Source: Candidatus Thalassarchaeum betae (GTDB taxonomy: Archaea; Thermoplasmatota; Poseidoniia; Poseidoniales; Thalassarchaeaceae). Taken from it: a DNA stretch of 64,000 nt. Position numbers and translations under genes: made by a program. The stretch is taken from contig PSPG01000001.1 of assembly GCA_003193925.1 (NCBI GenBank), positions 32,001 through 96,000 of the forward strand, written 5' to 3'. The notes under the pieces are model-generated. The model saw only the letters and a program-made list of their open reading frames with translations. It had not been told where the DNA came from and did not search any database. Numbering within the stretch: position 1 is the first letter of the stretch; each line of letters starts with the position of its first letter. This document shows positions 59,505-64,000 of the stretch, piece after piece.

Positions 59505-59575
59505 CGACGGGGAGTGTACCTACGATGCTGTTAACCGTTGTCACACCCGGTCCCTCCCTAGGGAGGGGAAGTAGG

Positions 59576-60730
59576 GTGGAAGACGGCTTCAAGGCTCATC
59601 AGTTGTCACCCTCTTCGTGGAATAGGTTCGAGGAGTGCCCACGCAAGTACTGGCTGTCCCGCCAACGGCTGCCGCGCAAGGCCAGCATGCCGGCTGCCAT
59701 GGGCACTGCCGTGCACAACTCGGTCGAGGACCTCTGTAATCTCGACCTCTCGGACAAGGACGACTCCGAGGACGGTTGGCTCCCTCCCACAGCCAAAGCA
59801 GTTCTCGACCGTCACTGGACACTCGAGCGCGACATCTTCCTCGCCACGCCCCGCCATCCTAGATGGAAGGACGAGATGATCACCAAGGCCCACGATGGAC
59901 TCGTCGGCGCACTCAACATCCTTTTCTCCAAGTCCAACATGGGCAAGGTGGGCCTTTCCGAGGTCTCCGTGGCTCAGTGGAAGCAGGTCCAGAGCATCGT
60001 CCTCGCCAACGAAGGCACACTGGTGTCCGAGTGCGGCCGTCTAATGGGTCGCTTGGACCTACTGGTAGCCGACCTCGACGAGAACGGCGACTCGAAGGGC
60101 TGGATTGTCGCCGACCTGAAGACCGGCAACCCACCGAAGCAGAAACTCAACGAGAAGGTGAGTCGCCAACTCAGGTTCTACCGCGACCTGCTGAAGGCAA
60201 TCAATCCCGACCACCCCCCGGTTTACGCCGAAGGCTGGTACTCCTCCAACCAGACCATCCACCGAGCCGATGGACCTTCGGTCCTCGACGAGGCCTTCGC
60301 AGCTTGGGAAGGCATGAGGCCCACCGAGGAGCCTCTCGAGGGCACCCCGGGGGATGTGCAGTGCGGCTTCTGCGAGTGGAAGGCCTGGTGTCCAATCTGG
60401 TGGGCTGCTCGCAGGGACGGCACCCTCTCGCCGGGCAGCATGTTCCGCGACGAGGTTGTGCGAGCAGTCAGGTTCGACCGGGAGTCGGGGGCTGCTCTGT
60501 TCGAGCGCATGCCACCCCTCGGCGACGAGGGCGAACTGGCCCATTCCGACCATCGCTTCGGTGCCATACTTCGCGATCAGGCGCTCGACCAGATGCGCGA
60601 ACTGATGGACTCCGGTTACGAGGGAGCCATTTTCCTCGGCAGCGTCCGAGTCGACGGCAAGATCGTGCATTTGGGGGACTGGTGCGAGGTCCTGCCGTGG
60701 ACGCCGCTACTCAAGTCAATACGAGAGTGA
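59576..60730 (+). CDS. PD-(D/E)XK nuclease, Cas4/AddB-like with Fe-S Cys motif and C-terminal extension
   Basis: LSPS...CPRKY, GTAVH, GRLDL, ADLKTG, QLRFY, CGFCEWKAWC. Confidence 0.87.
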   Translation: MEDGFKAHQLSPSSWNRFEECPRKYWLSRQRLPRKASMPAAMGTAVHNSVEDLCNLDLSDKDDSEDGWLPPTAKAVLDRHWTLERDIFLATPRHPRWKDEMITKAHDGLVGALNILFSKSNMGKVGLSEVSVAQWKQVQSIVLANEGTLVSECGRLMGRLDLLVADLDENGDSKGWIVADLKTGNPPKQKLNEKVSRQLRFYRDLLKAINPDHPPVYAEGWYSSNQTIHRADGPSVLDEAFAAWEGMRPTEEPLEGTPGDVQCGFCEWKAWCPIWWAARRDGTLSPGSMFRDEVVRAVRFDRESGAALFERMPPLGDEGELAHSDHRFGAILRDQALDQMRELMDSGYEGAIFLGSVRVDGKIVHLGDWCEVLPWTPLLKSIRE

Positions 60731-61294
60731 GTCGAGAAAGTCGTCAACAGGCCCCTTGAACTTCCTCGGATAAGCCTGCATGATCCTCCACAGGAGCAGC
60801 AGGGTCGCACCCGCGTCGACGTCGGCCTGGTGGCTTCTGTCCATTCCGATTCCGAAGCGCTCGCACAAGTGCCCCAACGTGTGCCGCCCGGGTATGCCGA
60901 GCCTCCTCGCCAGAACCAGCGTGTCGATGATGGCGCGCGGGCGCGGGGTTTCCACACCCGCGCGCATGCACTCCATCTCGAGGAACCTCCAGTCGAACTG
61001 CACGACGTTGTGCCCGACTATGACGGAGTCCTCCATCATCATCGCGATGTCTGCCACGTGCTGACTGAACTCACCCGCACCCCTCACGTCATCGTCGGTG
61101 ATGCCATGCACCCGCGTGGTGTTTGGATCGATGGGGACTCTGGGGTTGACCAACGACTGCAGATTGATGTGACTCCCGTCCACATCACTACCGATCAGCG
61201 CGAACTGCACTATCCTGTCCGACCTGTGATCGAAACCCGTGGTCTCTAGGTCGAATCCGAGAACGCGATAACCACTCAGCATTCCTTCAGACAT
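60716..61294 (-). CDS. DEDDh 3'-5' exonuclease (DnaQ-like)
   Basis: FDLETTG, VHGIT, VGHNVVQFD, IDTL, HQADVDA. Confidence 0.93.
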   Translation of the reverse strand: MSEGMLSGYRVLGFDLETTGFDHRSDRIVQFALIGSDVDGSHINLQSLVNPRVPIDPNTTRVHGITDDDVRGAGEFSQHVADIAMMMEDSVIVGHNVVQFDWRFLEMECMRAGVETPRPRAIIDTLVLARRLGIPGRHTLGHLCERFGIGMDRSHQADVDAGATLLLLWRIMQAYPRKFKGPVDDFLDSLSY

Positions 61295-61366
61295 GGCCAC
61301 CCCTGCGTGGCACCGTCCATGAACTATCGTAAACCTCGCAGCACCGAGCCGGTTTCCAACAGCCCT

Positions 61367-62563
61367 ATGAGCGGTCAGTATCGCAGTGTCTCTGTGACCA
61401 AGCGCCCCAGAGGGATGTGCTGCGCAATCATCGTGATGCTGCTTGCAACCAGCCTAGTTGGCTGCTCGGGACTCAGCTCCACCACGCCCAACGCCCGAAT
61501 CAGTGCAGACAGGCAGGAGATCAACGTCGGCGAGACGGTGAATTTCGACGCCAGGGATTCGACCACTCCAGACCCCACCATCATTGACGAATACCGCTGG
61601 AATTTCGGTGACGGCGAGACTCGAGACACCAAGCAGGGAATCGTCGCCCACACCTATGAGATTGCAGGCTACCACGAAGCAGAGGTCATGGTGGTCAATG
61701 ACAACGGTGAGAGCGATACCGCTTCGCTTGCCATCTTCGTGAACTCGCCTCCTACTATCGAGCTTGAGATGCCCACCTACATCCGGGCCGGGGACACGGC
61801 GAGGCTGGACGCGAGCGGCTCGATTGACCCCGAGGGAGGCACTGTTGAGTTCATCTGGGACTTCGACTTGGGCTCGGACTCGGACGGCGATGGCGACCAG
61901 GCCAACGACGCCGATGCGACTTCTGCTTTCGTCGACCTGACGATTGAAAGTTCGGGCAATCGCACCGGCTCCGTCTCGGTAATCGATGACAAGGGAGCCG
62001 TGGACACTATGGTGTGGAGCCTGATGGTCATATCACGCACCTTCAACGTGGTCTGGGAGGAGCAGCACATCAGGGTCGAGTGGTCGGGCTACCTCGAGCA
62101 GGGGCAGAGTTACGAAATCAGCCACGAGCCTAGCGCGGGTGCGAGGATGATACAGGTCAACGCGACCCTCATACTCGCTCGTGACATTCTCCCGATCATG
62201 TGGCCCGAGGACAACTTCACCCTCTCACTCAACGTCCCCGAGACGGGTTGGAGCATATTCGCATCGACTCACCACGACAACCTCACCGAGAACGCGAGCG
62301 CATCCATCGACAGGGGAGACATGAACTCGCACCCCGAGAGTGACTACACCATCACCGCAGACTCGTCAGAGGGCTTGGTCGAGAACCTGCTCAACGAGCC
62401 CGGGGAGCGCTTCGGACAAGGCACCTGGTATTGGACGATAACCGCAGACCAATGCGACCCGGACCTGCCCGTGGACGATGTCGACCCGGACCAGGGCAAT
62501 GACTGGAAGCTCGTGGTCGAGTTCGTCATCCTGATTCCGAGGGTCAGCGAGATTGGCGTGTGA
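61367..62563 (+). CDS. PKD-domain lipoprotein
   Basis: Lipobox LVGC; two PKD repeats (FDARDS...YRWNFGDG; LDASGSIDPEG...WDFD). Confidence 0.85.
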   Translation: MSGQYRSVSVTKRPRGMCCAIIVMLLATSLVGCSGLSSTTPNARISADRQEINVGETVNFDARDSTTPDPTIIDEYRWNFGDGETRDTKQGIVAHTYEIAGYHEAEVMVVNDNGESDTASLAIFVNSPPTIELEMPTYIRAGDTARLDASGSIDPEGGTVEFIWDFDLGSDSDGDGDQANDADATSAFVDLTIESSGNRTGSVSVIDDKGAVDTMVWSLMVISRTFNVVWEEQHIRVEWSGYLEQGQSYEISHEPSAGARMIQVNATLILARDILPIMWPEDNFTLSLNVPETGWSIFASTHHDNLTENASASIDRGDMNSHPESDYTITADSSEGLVENLLNEPGERFGQGTWYWTITADQCDPDLPVDDVDPDQGNDWKLVVEFVILIPRVSEIGV

Positions 62564-62615
62564 TGCGCTCGCGGTCGTTGGCGAAGGGCTTTGAACTCGC
62601 CCCCGATGGCGATGC

Positions 62616-62969
62616 ATGGTCAAGTCCATGGAGATAACCAAGGTCTCCCTGCGCAAACGACTGATCGTCGACGCCGAGGTCTGGATGAACGACCCGAAGG
62701 ACTACGACTTCTCCCCTAGAGTAGACATCGAGGGCAACACTCTGAGCCTGAGGAACGAGGGTGACGAAGGTGCCTCGACCAGCATCGTGCTGGACTCTGA
62801 GCAGATGAACGTAGCCGAGCGAGACCGCATGCTGGAGCTGCGCGTCAAGTTCGCGGTCGAGGGCATGCACGGTGTGCTGACTCACAAGATCAAGAACACC
62901 AGAATCGCCCCCAACGCCAAGAAGCTGGCCGAGCCGAGGTGGAAGACCGTGCTCCCGCTGAGCATGTGA
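62616..62969 (+). CDS. Hypothetical protein (117 aa)
   Basis: Clean ORF with strongly host-like codon use; no recognisable motif. Confidence 0.72.
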   Translation: MVKSMEITKVSLRKRLIVDAEVWMNDPKDYDFSPRVDIEGNTLSLRNEGDEGASTSIVLDSEQMNVAERDRMLELRVKFAVEGMHGVLTHKIKNTRIAPNAKKLAEPRWKTVLPLSM

Positions 62970-63022
62970 TTGCCGCCCGATACCGTCGGGGTTAAACAGA
63001 GGCCGCCGGTGGAAAACGCGCT

Positions 63023-63099
63023 GGACCCATAGTGTAGCCTGGATATCACATGAGCTTGCGGAGCTCGTAACCCGTGTTCGAATCGCGGTGGGTCCGCCA
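63023..63099 (+). tRNA. tRNA-Arg(GCG)
   Basis: ggacccatagtgtagcctggat...tgagc-ttGCGga-gctcg...gtgttcgaatc...gggtccgcca. Confidence 0.95.
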
Positions 63100-63162
63100 C
63101 CCCGCACTCAGCGCATAGCATAGCGACCGATTCAATTAGGTGAGGTCCTTGGCCGCGTCACT

Positions 63163-63239
63163 GGACCCATAGTGTAGCCTGGATATCACTCCAGCCTCCG
63201 GAGCTGGAAACCCGTGTTCGAATCGCGGTGGGTCCGCCA
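63163..63239 (+). tRNA. tRNA-Arg(CCG)
   Basis: Same body as the upstream tRNA; anticodon arm ccagc-ctCCGga-gctgg. Confidence 0.95.
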
Positions 63240-63282
63240 CTCCGCTCACAGCGTTCAAGCACCTGATGCCCGACCCGGCTGC

Positions 63283-63699
63283 ATGACCTTCACCTCGGCG
63301 CGCCGGGTCGACTTCCCGATGATCGACATGGCTGGCATCATCTACTACCCCCAGTTCTGGGATTTAGCGCACAGGTTCTACGAGGAATCCTGGGAGCACT
63401 CCTGCGGGATGCACTACGACGTCATCCTGAACGAGCACAGGATTGGCTTCCCCCTGGTTCACAGCGATGCCCAGTTCCTCCATCCGCTGAGTTACGGCGA
63501 CACCGTTCATTGCACGATCACCGTGCCACGCATCGGCAACACCTCGGTGACGTGGCGCTACGAGTTCCGCAACCAGGACGACGTTCTGTGCTGGACCTCG
63601 GACCAGGTCACCGTCTGCGTGGACATGGAGGACGTCAAGCAGAAGATTCCAGTCCCAGATTGGATGCGCGAGGGACTCGCGAAACTCGCACCCCAGTGA
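63283..63699 (+). CDS. 4HBT/YbgC-like acyl-CoA thioesterase
   Basis: IDMAGIIYYPQF, PLVH..AQFLHPLSYGD, IGNTS. Confidence 0.9.
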   Translation: MTFTSARRVDFPMIDMAGIIYYPQFWDLAHRFYEESWEHSCGMHYDVILNEHRIGFPLVHSDAQFLHPLSYGDTVHCTITVPRIGNTSVTWRYEFRNQDDVLCWTSDQVTVCVDMEDVKQKIPVPDWMREGLAKLAPQ

Positions 63700-64000
63700 C
63701 TACCGCCTCGGCCAATTCTTGGCGAGCGCCTTGCGAAGCGAGTCATCCATCTTGGCATCCCACCAGTTCGCATCGCGCCAGACCGCGTACTTGCCGCGGA
63801 TTCCCCGCATGTCAGCACCGTCGAGGCGCGCTCCTTGCAGGTTGGAGAACGATAGCTTCGCCTTGACCATCCTAGCCCCACGCAGGTCAGCACCGTCTAG
63901 AGCCGCCTTCATCAGATTCGCACCCCTCAATGACGCATTTCGCAGGTCCGCACCTGAGAGGTTCGCTGCCTCAAGGTCAGATCCGTCGAGCACCGCCCTG
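63700..64000 (-). CDS. Pentapeptide repeat protein (5' end outside the window)
   Basis: Tandem A[DN]LxG pentapeptides: ANLSG ADLRN ASLRG ANLMK AALDG ADLRG. Confidence 0.92.
   Translation of the reverse strand, partial: RAVLDGSDLEAANLSGADLRNASLRGANLMKAALDGADLRGARMVKAKLSFSNLQGARLDGADMRGIRGKYAVWRDANWWDAKMDDSLRKALAKNWPRR

Noticed and set aside
59576-63245. CRISPR-Cas locus suggested by Cas4-like, DnaQ and a direct repeat near 63.0-63.2 kb
   Set aside because: No cas1/cas2 or effector genes; the direct repeats are two tRNA genes, not a repeat-spacer array.
63214-63282. N-terminal extension of the thioesterase
   Set aside because: It overlaps tRNA-Arg(CCG); ATG 63283 gives a normal-length 4HBT protein.

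Overview
Gene-dense, GC-rich archaeal chromosome segment. TFB, Topo VI A/B, Rpo10/Rpo12, eL18-uL13-uS9, Dph5, PAC2 and CCA-encoding tRNAs, together with bacterial-type LigA, RhlE and beta-oxidation genes and giant acidic surface proteins, best fit Marine Group II (Poseidoniales, Thermoplasmatota); this taxonomy is inferred. It holds about 48 CDS and 5 tRNAs (Asp-GTC, Arg-CCT, Pro-GGG, Arg-GCG, Arg-CCG). I found no CRISPR array, rRNA, integrase or transposase. The most notable observations are: (1) a ~1690-aa membrane-anchored protein with seven putative propeller blades, an inserted MIDAS-type vWA domain and an Ig-like stalk, a layout analogous to integrin alpha; (2) a ~2660-aa thrombospondin-type-3-repeat protein with an intact blue-copper domain inserted in the repeats; (3) 6 of 11 convergent CDS pairs have stop codons abutting with a 0-bp gap; (4) a 1136-aa helical protein with a C-terminal PIN domain retaining its acidic residues; (5) a beta-oxidation operon extended with ACBP, a hot-dog-fold protein and a FabK/NMO-like flavoenzyme; (6) an Rpo12 with a second zinc ribbon, a degenerate SdhA-like flavoprotein and a divergent RFC paralog. 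All calls come from reading motifs by eye, and start codons are best estimates.
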